Shown: positions 49,945 to 62,750 of the stretch, piece by piece | Position numbering within the stretch: the stretch's first letter is position 1 | How the letters are laid out: the number at the start of each line of letters is the position of its first letter | From: Vicugna vicugna | Lineage: Eukaryota | Length of the DNA: 64,000 nt | Direction: 5' to 3' | Assembly (NCBI GenBank): GCA_013265495.1 | Contig: MU060486.1 | Span: forward strand, 930,001-994,000 | Notes under the pieces: model-generated | Told to the model about the DNA's origin: nothing | Database searches by the model: none | Seen by the model: only the letters and a program-made list of their open reading frames with translations | Program-made: the position numbers and the translations under genes

Positions 49945-50000
49945 CACTCCCATTTTACAGATGAGGAAACTGAGGTCCAAAGAGATTGTGTAACTTGGTT
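49945..50000 (-). mobile_element. MIR core
   Basis: cccattttacagatgaggaaactgaggtccaaagagattgtgtaactt. Confidence 0.9.
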
Positions 50001-50019
50001 AGAAAGCGTATAACTGAAA

Positions 50020-50215
50020 GCATGAGGTTTGGGGTTGGATGTGGGTTTGCATTCTGACTCCATCCCCAGTCACCACCGGGCCTTGTGGTCTTGAGGAAGT
50101 TCACCCTCTTTCTCGGAGCCTCAGTTTCTACATCTGTCAAGGTGACACGGCGGTGCCCTGTGTGCCTGCGGCCACACGCTCTCAGCACTGGTGCGTGGGA
50201 ACTACTAAACCACAG
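50020..50215 (+). mobile_element. MIR
   Basis: gtgggtttgcattctgactcc...gaagttcaccctctttctcggagcctcagtttctacatctgtcaa. Confidence 0.85.
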
Positions 50216-50939
50216 GAGTGAGCTTTAATCATTGTTCAGGATCACGCTGCGAGTTAGAGACGGAGCCAGGCTGGAAGGCGGGGCGGGGAGGGAGGGGGAG
50301 TTCCAGGGTCCATATGGTTTCCCGACCAACCTCTCCCCCCACACCTGCCCGCAGACAGACAGAGCAGTGTGCGGTCGTGCTGGGTCCTGACGGGGCCCCT
50401 CGGGGGTGTCACAGAGCATCCTGGCACCCCATGTGGTCACAGTGTCCCCACTCAGAGGGGCTGAGCGGGCTGTTGCTGGAAGGAGCGTTCCCTCGAGATC
50501 ACGGAAAACAGACGCGGGGACGCCAGGCCCCGTCCTCTGTCTTGGGAACCTCGGCAAAGCAAGAGATGTAGGGGCCGCCGCCTTCTGCTGCCGAGGGGTC
50601 CACGGGGCTCTTGTCTTGTTTGAGGGGATGTGTGGAGGGACAGTCATAAAGATAGCGAGGTCCCTCAGACAGCACCTCACTTTGCAGAAACACGACACTG
50701 TAGGTTATCGGTGGGGGACCACAGGAGCCAATATTTTAATTCCTTATTGTACAGGTGATGAAAGCAAGACAGAGTGTAGAATTATCGCCCACACTCTCCC
50801 GTCTAATTGGTGTCAGAGAAGAGAGACTGGCGGAGGGGTTCTGTTGACGGCGGTGGGGAAGGCAGAGCCCCAGCGGGCTCCACACTCCGTCTACCAAACG
50901 AAGGAGGAGGGCTTTTGCCAGACCCCGGCATGGCCAACC

Positions 50940-51285
50940 TCTCACTGCATTCAGATCGCTGGGCAAGTGTCACCTCCTCAGAGAAGCCTGCCCTGATGGT
51001 TCTGTGCAAATTACTCCTGTATCTTTTTCTGTTTCTTTCTGCTTCCCTCTGTTTCTGTACGTTTTCATAGTGTGGAGATGCTTTCAGACTATCTCACAGT
51101 GGCTGGCAGTGGGTTCTACGTTTGACTCCGTATTAACCGTCTGCTGTTTCCTGGAGTAGGAGACCCATCACGGGGGGGCTTTGCTTTGATAACAGCTGTG
51201 CCCCAGCACACAGAACGACTCCAGTAGCACAGCCATTGACAAACGTTCAACAGCTGTTTCTTGAGTCAGTGAATGATGTGAAAGC
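50940..51285 (+). mobile_element. L2 3' region
   Basis: cctcagagaagcctgccctga...gtgccccagcacacagaac...cagctgtttcttgagtcagtgaatga. Confidence 0.65.
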
Positions 51286-51754
51286 CGGCCCGAGGATTTG
51301 ATAAGTCGGGGTCACCACTTTATTCGGGGTGTAATCTGCCCCGTGAGAAAGGGCACATTGGGAGTTGGGCTTCGGGAGGCGGTGAGGAGGTGGGAGAGGC
51401 TCCCGTCCTGGCCCCTGGGGCGACGGCTCTGGGGGAGCTGGACTTGTGCAGCTGCAGACACGGCACAGGGACGGAGTCTTCCAGGTTACTGCTCTGTCTC
51501 CTCCGCCCCGCGGCCTCAGCTCTCTGGAAATCCGGAAACTCCCACCTTTTCCCAGGTTCCCTCCTTTGCTCCCCGTGCTTGGCCTTCCTTGCGCCCTGCT
51601 TCTGGTTAGGAATGCCACAAATTCCAGGTAGCGCACCCTCTGGACTGTCAGCATCCCACGCGCACGCTCCCACCTGTTCGCCTGTGATAAACCAGCCCGA
51701 GACAGGTGACCTGATTTATCTCCAGAGGAGCTCAGGAGCACCCAGAGAGAAATA

Positions 51755-51850
51755 TTCATCAAAACGTTCGACCGCCGTCAATTATAGGTAGGACCTGCCC
51801 ACTTACTAGGTGTCAAGCGTTGTGCTAAGCCCCCGGGATGCAAAGGAGAT
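51755..51850 (-). mobile_element. L2 3' fragment
   Basis: cccacttactaggtgtcaagcgttgtgctaagccccgggatgcaaag. Confidence 0.6.
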
Positions 51851-51864
51851 TAAATTGCATAAAA

Positions 51865-52240
51865 TATATGTCCATGCTGGAATCCTACTTAGCTGTAAAA
51901 AAGCTTGTGCTGTTTTCTGTGCACACTGACACGGAGAGCTCCGGGACGTGTTGTTAAGTGGAAAATGTGAGTTGCAGCTTGGCACGTGTGGATTAAATCA
52001 TATCACTGTGTATCTATTTCCGCATCCACATGTCTGTGTCCGTATCCGTGTTTGCATCTATGAATTAGACATACACCCAGGGCTTTCTGAATGACTGCAT
52101 GTGCAGAAAAACACTTCTGAGACGACACGCCACTTTGACACAAGTGGCCACCTCTGAAAGAACGGGGTTGGTGAGGGTAGAGTGTTTGCTTCGTTCACTT
52201 TGGTATTTTTCCTAACCATTTTATGTAATGAGAAAAACAT
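51865..52240 (+). mobile_element. L1ME 3' end
   Basis: ggaatcctacttagctgtaaaa...ttgttaagtggaaaa...gcagaaaaacacttctgagacgacac...caagtggccacctctg. Confidence 0.7.
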
Positions 52241-55200
52241 TTAGACTTTAAAATCAAGACACAGCAACAGCGTAAAGGCTTGTGCAGTGAGCCCCTGCGG
52301 GACTGCTCCCATGTGCCTCCAGCAGGCTGTGGCCTCTCCGTGGGGAGACAGGCACAGGTGAGTCATCGCAGACCCAGACCTGGGTGTAGACCTGCACACA
52401 CGCTGAGGGGTGCGGAGAGGGAGGGGCTTTCCTTGCAGCCGTGGTGGGCCGTGTGGCAGAGGCAGGATTCTTGAGTTGGGTCTCGAGGAGTGAGTAGGAG
52501 TCCGGCAGGCACGTCGGGCCTCCACGCGGATGGAAGCACGTGTCCAGGCTGGGCAAACGGAGGTCGTCCGAGCACCAAGCGCATCTCAGTGAGGATGGGG
52601 TGGGGATGCGCTGGGCAGAAGCAGGAGGCGGGAAAGGTGGGCTGGGTCCAGACTGCACCAGATTAACCGTTCAGGGGGCTCCCTGGGGTCACTGCAGAGA
52701 GTGAGGCACTTCATCCTGTAATTTCACACATCGTTTTGGAGCATCTGCAGGTTTTTGCTAAATCTGGGGATTTGCTGATGAACATGAAACATAGGGACTT
52801 GGCCTTTAGAGTTTAGAGCATTTTCTTCTTTTTCTCAGAAAAGACGAGGGCTAACCAGCTATGACATGACTTGTCGGCAATCAGCTTTCATTAAGAATCG
52901 GGGCCTTAGGTGAACTGAGGTGTTGGTGGAAGCTCGTGATTCGGTCGACGATCAGCAGCAGCTCGGACTCCCCGCACCGTGCAGAATACGCGGGGAGGGC
53001 GAGCGCGTGTCGGCAGAGCCGAGGAGTCTGGAAGTCGGCCTGAAGCAGCTGCGCACCTGCTTCCTTCTCGCTGTCCCGGGAGGTGCAGGGTCGTTTGTTC
53101 TGCCGGCGCGGACGTCTGCCTGGCTGTTCGCCTCTCCTCCGAGTTATCGGATTTCCGTCCCCAGGCGACGGCAGAGCCACGCGTCTGTGTTGGAGCAATA
53201 AACCATGAGTCTTCCTATTTTAAAAAAGGATTCTCTTAAAACTAAAAAGAAAAAATCAATGACCTGTTAAACAATAACTGGAGCAAAGATAGTTTCTAAA
53301 GCCGACCAACCTCAGGTCTCCTGAAGAACTTGGGTGAAAATTCTCCCCCCGCCCCCCTGCGTAAGGTCGGCTCCGGTCACTCTCGTCCTGAATTTCTTCT
53401 GCCCTTGAAGACCCGGGTGAGCCCCAGACTCCGTGTAAGCTGCAGCCTCCTGTTCCTTTCAAGGAGCCGGCCTAAGACTTTTTTCTCCTCTCCTGGTTTA
53501 GATGCGCTATTTTTCCTCCGAGGAAGAAATCCTGCTGTTCCCCCGTCCATCATGCTGTTTGAACGTAGTGTGTAGGGGAGTCGGTTCTTTATTTAAATGC
53601 CTTGAGTTGTGTACCTTCTTGTAGCAACTATTTTAAGATACAAAGAGATGAATTCAGAGACTCACATGCTGTCATTATCGCAGTAAAACTTCCAGCTCGT
53701 TTGTGGTGCCCCGTCCACCGTGCACGCCTTCTACAGCCTTTCCGCCAAGTGCTCAGGAGCCCCCGTGACCGTCCCGAGGACATCCCCGCCGCTCACAGCC
53801 AGGCGGCTCAGGAGCTGCGCCACCATCTCCCAGTGAAGCCCACCCACTGACATTGCCTCCAGCCCGGAGGCCACATAGAGCGGGTGGGACTCCACGTGCA
53901 CCCGGCACCTTCCTCAGAGGCAGCCTCGCTGTCTCTCTTGACGCGGCCCTTGTGCACACCCGTCCAGAGTCTGGGGGGCCCCCCTCAACCCTGCGTGTTG
54001 TGCGCCCAGTGTCCCTGAGTGCACAGGCCTCGCCGACGTGTTGTCCCCAGACGCCGTCCGACCAGAGTCGAGCAGAGTGTGAGTCTGATTTCTCATGTGT
54101 TCCTACTTCACTTTGATACTTAACGTCCCTACTGTGTAAATGAAGTGAAGTCTCTGAGCCAATTGACATTTTAAACAGCCCGTTCACTTTCTGAGCTCGG
54201 GGCTGGGAGGGTGCTATAAAACATTGCTGTGAAAACACACCTCTCCCCTGAGTCCTTAGGTCATCGTGGGAGAATCTGTAACAATCAAAAGAGAATCGGG
54301 CTTTAAACAGCTTCCCCGTGTCCAGCAATACACAGATTATGGAAGAAGACCGAGATCTTTTGAACGCATTTTGGAAAGATACTCAAGTGGGTTTTTGTTC
54401 TGGGGAAGTTGAAAAATTCCAGCTTCACCCATTTCTCCGCTCGTATAAAAAGCACGGCTGCTTTCTGGGGGGCAGGAGTTGCTTAACGGACGCCACCTGG
54501 CTGCGGGCAGAGCCGTGTGCCGAGGAGTCTCCCGGGGGAACCGTCCGGGGCAGGCGTGCCTCTTCCCCTCGCCGTGCTCAGGCCTGAGCTGCCCGGAGAA
54601 GACACCTGTTCTCTCCTCACTCTCCTGCCCTTGGAGCAAGAGCCGTTTGGAAGCCGTCCCACCCGGATGCTGCCTGCCCCACTTCAGCCAGGGCTGGGTG
54701 ACGTGGAGCTCACACAGGCGCCAGGCGGAGGGCTGCTGGCTCAGGCTGCTGGACCTCAGGCTCTTGCTCGGTCAATGCCCCCTGCAGCCGGGTGGCTACT
54801 GGCTGGGAATCCATTGCCCTGAGCCCCGGGGTCAGCCTTCCAGAGAGATGAGCCCCTGCAGATGGCCTCACTCTGGCGGTTAGTCCTGCCCAGCTAATTG
54901 CCAGAGGTTTACTATCTTGGCATTTCCAGGCGCCAGGCCCTCCTGAGAAGCAGTGAGGTGTGGACGTGAGCCTGCACCTGCAGACCTGCAACCGCAGTCG
55001 CTCTCTCATCCACGTCACGTCTGTTCGGCGGGTATCTGTCCTGGATGTGGCACAGAACTTAGAAATAATGTGAGTAAACAGATTGGAGTTTAGTGACCTT
55101 TTGCCAAAGAGCTGATCCTTTCCTGGCAAAGGACAATGTACTGTCAGCCTAGAAGTGAAGTCACACTTCACCTCTCAACCCCTTCGGATTTCATGGAGCC

Positions 55201-56589
55201 GAGTTTCCAAGGATCCATCGGACCCTGAGGGCGTCCCTTAGGCGGCTAATGGGGAAAGAGGTGCTCAAGTGGAGGGAAACCCTTCTGCCCACACGCTGGA
55301 CTGTGTGTGATGGGAACACTGTGTGGTGATGGAGTCCGTCTTCCGGGGGCGGGAGCAGCTGAACTCAATTTAATTTAAGGCGGTGCCTTTCTGGTAGCGA
55401 GCCGATCTGGATCCGGATGACACGCTCAAGGCAAGTCGTCACCAGCTGGCTGACTTCCTCAGCTGGGTGGTCCCCGCGCCGGGCTTTATCGGAAAGGGCG
55501 ACGTGCCCCCTCTGAGTAATGCCAAATCGCGCACAGAGTCGCGCCTGCTTCCAGGAAGCCTCTGGGGAGGACGCTGCAGTTACAGGCACAGGTCCTCCGG
55601 CCGCAGGCGTGTAAACCAACAGCCCCTCTGTGTTTCAGAGCCCTCCGTGATGAGCGCCCCGCCCGGGGCGGCGGACAATCACCGTGCGTCTCGGCTCACA
55701 ACGTTGGCTTTGTTGGATTTTCTCCAGCGCTGGTGGGGCCCGGAGTTCCACACTCTCCTCGCTAACGTTGCCCTTTGCCTCCATTATTCTGTCCTGGCCT
55801 TTGCATGAAAAGGAAGAAATGATATTTGATTGCCAGTAAAGCTTTCAGTGAGCGGTGCTATTAAGGGCGAAGTATTTCTACTTGAAAGTCTGATGCTGGG
55901 CAATGGAGACTTTTCAGAGTTGGTGCCTAGATGACCAAGCTGTCCCCTCCGGGTCACGAGACAGTCTGCCTGCTGAGAAAGCGAGGAAACGGCCTTCAGC
56001 GGGGATGATATTTTGCCATCTTTGCAACGATTAACATGCAAGAGGCATTTCCATGAGCCTCTGGAAGAGCTGTCTGGTCGGGTAGAAAGCCGGTCTTTGG
56101 AGTCCCCGCGGAGGGAAGATAGAGTTGGAGCGAGATGTGTCCCTGAATGGATGCTTTCGGTGGATGTGAAAATCACGAGGTGGTTGAGAAATCCACTAAT
56201 CACACCTTGCAAGGCTAGGGGCAGAGTCGACTCAGGGAGTTCAGGAGCTCCACACCTGGCTTGGTGTGGTAAACCCCGAAGTCATCGTGAGGAATCAGTT
56301 AAGCCTCCTTGTTCCCTGTGCATTTATTTTCCCTGATCCTATTTGGTGCTTTCTTCAATTTGCTGAGACACAGGTGTACACCGATTTCTGCAGCCCATGA
56401 ATATTTGAAAACTCAACTTTCTAGCAAATACATTTAAAGTCCCAAATCGCTGCCTTAAATTTATGTTGTCTGATCACTTAAGGAAGTCTTTGGGATTGCT
56501 TCAGTGGAGGGAGAGAAAAGGTAGGAATGTTCTAGTCTGTAATTTTGCCGCCCGTAGGGGGCCGTGGCTAATTCGGTCTGATGATACAC

Positions 56590-56760
56590 TTCGTCCGTGT
56601 AACGAATACTTGCTGAGCATACGCTAGGCATCAGGACGCTGCTGGCGCTGAAAACAGGATGATGAAGGTAACACAGGTAGCCCCTGCCCTCACGGAGTTC
56701 ATAGTCTAATGGGAAGAAAAAGACACATGAGCCGGCACTTTTAGTACACGGTGGTAGACG
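56590..56760 (-). mobile_element. L2 3' region
   Basis: gaatacttgctgagcatacgctaggcatcagg...ccctgccctcacggagttcatagtctaatggga. Confidence 0.85.
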
Positions 56761-58159
56761 TCATCCTTTTGGAGATAAAGACCGTTTTCATGATGACTTT
56801 TAGTCCTGTGGGTCTGCTTCCCAGATGAGTTCAGTCCCGTGTGGACACTGTGGAGGTGTTTTATTAGCTGTGTGATTGACGACAACGGAACCGTTGGTTG
56901 CTGTCAGTGGTACCTGACTGGGTGCCGTGATGAGTGTTGGAAGCAGAATCCAAAAGAATGTCTCTGTGTGACAGGAACATCTGCCACGTGAGAGAGGCTG
57001 GGCGAGGACACGCCGAGATGGCTCAGGGGCACAGACTGTGTGTGTTTTCTCGTGGGCGCTCGCCCTGCGTTGGTGGTGGGCTTCCAAGGAGCGTTTATAG
57101 ACCACCTACAGCGTGCCATGGACCATCCATGAGGACGCGTTTACACACTCGAGAAACGGTTGTCAGTCTCAGGGTGAAACTATGTAAGCACATGGCCAGG
57201 GTTTTCCTAAAAGGTGTAAATCATAGAATTTCCAGATACCTCCTTCTTTCCTCATGGGCGTCCTCCTCACGGCAGCACTAGAATTCAGTGAGTGTATCAT
57301 AAGCACCTACTCCACACAGAACAAACACATGCATTCCGGAATCTTACCAGGTTCTAGGGGAGAACTGTATATACATTAAATTTTATACAAAGAAAAACTA
57401 AAAAATGCTCCAAAAAAGTGATGATTATGATTCCACTGGCGTAGAAGGGAGTCAGGCAACCACACTAAATAAAGGAGCCACGAAGGACGGTGTGAAGGAG
57501 CTGACACCTGCGCTGCGCCTCCAAGACGCACCTCAGCGGGAGGTGAAGTGCATTCCCCACGGGAACCAGCCTGCGCGAAGGAGCCACAGGAGGAGGGGAG
57601 CGCGGGAGCGTGGGGGGCGTCAGGAGAGTCGGGGGAGCAAGATTCCAACCAGAAGACATAGCGAGGTGCGACGCTGGCAAGCGAAGGTGGGGACAGTTCA
57701 TCAGCACGGATTGAGTCTCGTTCTGCAGGGAGCATGTAACCGCTGAGGGAGCCTGGCAAGGGGCTCGTGGGTGTTTTCTGAACCTACTTGTGGAGGCAAA
57801 GCGAGGGCTGAGTTAATGAGGAGTCTGGGTGTCGGAGGTGGTCCGGTGGTTGTAACTCACTGCAACCTCGTCGCTCCGGGGCGATGCGGCCAGAAGTCAA
57901 CCTAGGGCGGTCACTGCTGGTAACAGCGGCCGGGAGCTTCCGCCGGTGGAGGCAGTTAGGTCCGGATGGACCAAGGGAGGTGGACGGAGGTGGGGCGGCT
58001 TCTCTCCTCCCCGAGCTGGACAAGCTGCCTCCTCAAGGAACAAACCGAAGTAGACGTTTCTGTCTGGGGCAGACCTTGCTCCTGAATCCGGTAACTTAGA
58101 CGTGCTCGTGGAGTCCGCCTCTGTTCCTAGAAAAACAACACTTGTTACTCTGGGTGTTG

Positions 58160-58216
58160 TTCCTTCCTCCCTCCCTGCCTTCCTTCCTTCCTTCCTTGTT
58201 TCTTTGTTTCTTTCTT
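58160..58216. repeat. (CCTT)n/(CTTT)n polypyrimidine tract
   Basis: Read directly. Confidence 0.9.
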
Positions 58217-59397
58217 ATGGGCCTTATAGGACATTGATTATTGCTGTTATTTTAATTCTTAAAATTACATTGTTTTTCATCATAAATCAATAGATTGTCT
58301 TCCCTCAAGGCACTTCTTCTATTTAAAGGGCCAGATCGATTTTTACAGGCTGTGCCCACAATAAATCTTGAGTCTGATTCCTTCCTCCTGAAGACTTTCG
58401 GATCAGGATTATTATTACCATTATTTATTATTTATTGAGTGGCGTCAGTGGGCTCAGCAGTGCACAGATATAAATGGATAAACATCATCATTAAATCTGT
58501 TTCCAAAAGGAGCAGGTGTTTATCATGAAAGAAAGTATTTGAATTACCAAAATAATACCCATTAGTGGTTTTCGTTTCCTGGAAAATACCGTCTTCGTGG
58601 TCATTCGACTCCTGTGGCATTTCTAGCAGAACAGATGGACGCAGTCTCTCTTCTGGCTTGTTTCCAAGCTGGGAATTACCTCCTGGGTTTGAAAGCTATC
58701 TTTGATTTTGCTGGATCAGGTTTGGCTTGATATCTTCTAAGATTTTCTCTTCTTTCTCTTCATTAGTGACTTAAGCAAAGCCCAGTTCTCTTCTTCAAGG
58801 CAGAACGTTTCGCTTGTGTCTTGGCTTTGTCCTCTTGGCCAGCTGAGAAGAGCCCAGCCCATCCAGGAGCTGCCTTCTCTTACTCCACTTATAATGGCTG
58901 TGGAGAGGAAGGGGTCCAGCCTGGAAACGCCGGCTCAGGATTCTTGGTTCCTGCTCTGTGAGTTGGAAGGAGGCAGGTTCTGTCAGGTGCAGCCCCCACA
59001 TCTGGCCGCCGCCTCGAGGACCACCACCACCGCCGAGAACACCGTCCTCCATCCTCCTGGGTCTGTGTATCCACAGAGCTGTGTTTCCCCAAAGTCTCTT
59101 CTGTTCTGTGTTAGCAGATAAGAAACAAGGACTAGAAGATGCAATTTATCTCCAACTGTTATTTTAGTGATTTGTTTTGAATTCTTTCCAAATGTCGTGC
59201 TAACAAGAGCTGTAAAGGGAAAAAGGAAATAGCGGGATCGGCAAGCTGACCGATTCGAGGTCACCCAGCAGGTGGAGCAGCCCCAGCTGGCGCTGTTCTG
59301 AGCCTTGCACTTTGCGAGGAACTCTCCCCACTGCCTCAGTTTAAGGTTCACGACAGTCCTGGAACTGGGGGAAACACACGTTACGTTCAGCATCTCA

Positions 59398-59450
59398 AAC
59401 CTGTAAAAGAGGAGACAGACTCAGAGAGGCTGAATAACTTGCCTACAATT
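59398..59450 (-). mobile_element. MIR core fragment
   Basis: ctgtaaaagaggagacagactcagagaggctgaataacttgcc. Confidence 0.7.
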
Positions 59451-60439
59451 AAACAGCAAATATGTCACACACACTGGAGCCCTGTCCCTTTTTGTTACTC
59501 CTAAGTGAATATGACCAAGGAAGGACCAACGGGTCGGCACCCAGATGCAGAGACGGGAGACCCGTGAGGAGTGAGCTCACCTTCAGGGAGTGAGTGAGAA
59601 CCCCAGGGGCAGTGGGGTCGCCGCGTGAACGGCTCTGCGCACCCTGCTGCCTTCTAGATCCGAGTAAGCCGGTGGCCTGATGATCACACAGGACTCAGGT
59701 CTGTTTGTCTTCCCAGAACTAGATAAGCACCATCTCACGTACACAGTACGACCTGCCGTGGGAAGTGGACCCACCTGTGGCTTGGTTATCAATCAGCAGA
59801 CGCACTTCCCTCTTTGCCCAAATTTGGAAACACATTCAGGATCGTGAAGACGTTAGGGTTCTTGGCTACGGCTTCAGAAGGTCGGCGGCTCTTTGACCAA
59901 GAAGGCAGTAAGTCTTCCCCTCCACCTGTGTTTCTAAATAAACAAAGCCAAGCGCTGAAAGCCAGTGCCCCACAGAGGGCTCGGGTGCCCTGCATTCCTC
60001 CAGCCGGCATTCAGCGAGCACCTGCCCCGTGCGGTGATGTTCATTGCCCTTTTCACTGCACCTTATCTCAAAGGACTATGACTTCAGATTTGCCTCAGGA
60101 CTAAATAGTGGACAATTCAGGTGGTTCTCTGCAGGTCTAAGGTTTTTTGTACTTTGGATTAGTGGGTTTTGACAGGCGGACCGTTCACCCAAAGCCTTAC
60201 CCACTTGCTAACATGACCAATGACGTGCTCGGGACTCAGCACGCAAACATCTACGGCCATGTCGTCAGGGGTCTGCGAGGCTGTAGATGAGAAGGGTTAC
60301 ACGCAGATGTTCTCATTCTCTGGGAGAGGTTCGAGTTTACTTTGTTCTATGATTTTTAATGTTGTGAAAAACACATTTAACTTTCTAAATTGCCATCTAA
60401 AATCATTAACAAGAAAGCACAGGGAAGGGCCTGTTACAA

Positions 60440-60815
60440 CTCTTACTAAAAACCCAGTTTTTAAATGACTAAAGAATCGAAATAGACGTTTCCCCAAAGA
60501 AGACGTACGCGTGGCCCGTGAGCACACGGAAATGCTCCGCAGCGCTGATCGTGAAGGAAATGCAGACTGGAAGTGTGGTGTGATGTCACGTCACACCCAC
60601 GAGGGCGGCTATAATCAGAGGTAACAACAGTGCTGGGAGGGAGGCAGAGAAATTGGAAGCCTCATATAAACGGGAGTGTAAACGTGTGCAGCCGCTTTCA
60701 AAGAAAGTCTGGCAGTTCCTCAAAAGTGTGAACAGAGTTCTCACATGGCCCAGCAGTTCCACCCCTGTGCATCTTCCCAACAGAGATAAACACATACGTC
60801 CACACAAACACTTGT
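60440..60815 (+). mobile_element. Old L1M ORF2 3' fragment
   Basis: aatagacgtttccccaaagaagac...cacacccacgagggcggctataatca...ggcagttcctcaaaa...gtccacacaaacacttgt. Confidence 0.9.
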
Positions 60816-62129
60816 TACAAAAATTAAAGAGTAAAGCAGCAGGGATTGTGGGCACTGCTCGTTCCGAGACATCACAGAACATTTGCGATGCACGTCGGAT
60901 TCTCTCCTTCCCTCCCCTTCTTTAGTGTCCAGGATGGTTCTGGAAAGGCAGTGATCACGTCTGCTCGTGCCGCCTGGCAAGAAGGAGCCAGGCGGGCAGA
61001 CAGCGCCTCCATCTCTCGTCTCCTCGGGGACATTTTAGGGGGCGGGGCCTGGCGACCGCTTAGAGCAGACTCCCAGCTGGCCCCAGCGCGTGTGGACGCG
61101 GGCTTTCGGGGCTGGAACTGACCAGGAGCTTCCGTGCCTCCTGCCGTCTGTGGGATGGCATCTCTCGTGATCTTGCCTGTCTGTGACCAGTGGGAACTAC
61201 GTGGGAATGACCAAGCCCTTTGGAATGAAAACTCGGAATCTGGTGAAAATGTAACCAGGTCCCACTAGGGGAGGATGAAGCGTGTGTGTGGAGTCTGCTC
61301 GGTACAGGGCGGCAGCCCCTCCTTGCTTCCCCCGTTCAATTAGAAAGATGTTCCACCGCCCTCAGTCTAGCAGCCCCCAGGGACACATGTGAAGAAATGA
61401 CGGCTTTTTCCCAATTACTTAGAAAATTGGTTCACTCCGGAATCAGCCACAAATGGACTGTAGCCCCGCCTGGTGTATATCCTCTAATTTATATCAGAAA
61501 GTTGGTAGCCTGTTGCATGATTTTAGCTGGCAAACGGAATTGGGAGGCCCAGCCCAGCCTCAGGTAGACCAGATGCCTGACATGCTGGGCCATTCTGAAG
61601 GACACTGGTTTATAAGAAGAAAGGGAAAAACAACGGGACCGCATGACTTTTCAGTAGTTCAGTGTTTGTGACAATAGACACTGTGGTCACTAGTCGGGTG
61701 GGATTCAGCCAGTGCCGTGGAGACAGTACCTTCCAATTAAGAGGCCACTTTCTAGGTAGGGGTTAAAATGTAAGAAAAGAATATCGAGGAGGTCAGTAGG
61801 CGGCAGAGGTGCAGGAGGAAGGGGGGCGCAGCTTTCTCATCTATTAAAACATGAGGATTTGGGCCAGCTAATCTTCGAAGTCAGCCACACACCTAGCATT
61901 CAGGTTAGGCAGGTCCGTGGAAAACCGTGGTGTTTTCTCTTCCTTTATTCCCTCACGTATTTAGCAAGACGTAATGAGCACTTACTACATGCTGGCCGCA
62001 GTGCCGAGAACTGGGGCGCAGAAGTAAGGGTGGTAGACAGAGTCCCTGCCCTCGCGGCGTGGACTCTAGGAGGTAAATGAGGAAACACACGCATGGCCCG
62101 TCCTGGAGTCGGGTGTTGCCCCAGAGGGA

Positions 62130-62143
62130 ACAGCAGGTGGCGT
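62130..62143 (+). promoter_or_regulatory. CTCF-like motif
   Basis: ACAGCAGGTGGCGT, 12/14 match, inside L2. Confidence 0.3.
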
Positions 62144-62750
62144 GGAGGGGGGAGCTGAGGGGCAGGTAAGGCTGCTCTTCAGGCTGAGTTAGTGGCGGAA
62201 GCCCCCTCTGGAGAGCTGCTGTCTGGGTCAGCCCTGAAGGAAGAGAACCGGCCAGTTGTTTGAAGCGTTGAGGGACCCAAGAGGCAGGAGGGAAGTGAGT
62301 TCACGGGCCCCAGGGTGGAAGAGGACATCACAGAACAGAGAGAAGATGGGCGGCAGGAGCCTGGTGCCCGCGTCAGGGCGGGCTGGGGGGGCCGGGGAGG
62401 CAGGCAGCGGGGAGGCCACAGGAGGCCTCGGAAAGCAGGGCAGGCCGGGCGGCTGTGACTCCAGGGGGTGACGTGAGCTTACATTTAAGAGGGGTCACTC
62501 CCGCGGCTTTGTGGACGGTGACTTTGGTAGGGGAAGCTCGGGCAGAGAGACCAGCTGGGGGGCTGCGGCCTTAGTCAGGGTGGGGTCGGGTGGCAGCCTG
62601 GACGGGGTGGTGACAGCAGGTGGGGGAGGAGGCAGGTTTGAAGCACACGTTGAAAGAACTAACAGGGTAAGGTAAATGGGGAGTCGGGAGGAGGGGAGAG
62701 AAGGAGTCAGGATGGGCCCTTGACGGGGGCCGGCAGGCGGATGGAGGAAC

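Noticed and set aside
55365-55619. Protein-like minus ORF ending AEEVSQLVTTCLERVIRIQIGSLPERHRLKLN, and ORF 55784-56212
   Set aside because: No recognisable family or consistent exon chain.
58680-58775. Apparent minus-strand exon EEKEEKILEDIKPNLIQQ with a gtaatt donor
   Set aside because: Re-reading shows an in-frame TAG (CAA AGA TAG) before the donor.
61003-61015. REST/NRSE right half-site agacagcgcc
   Set aside because: No left half (TCAGCACC) at the required spacing, here or elsewhere.
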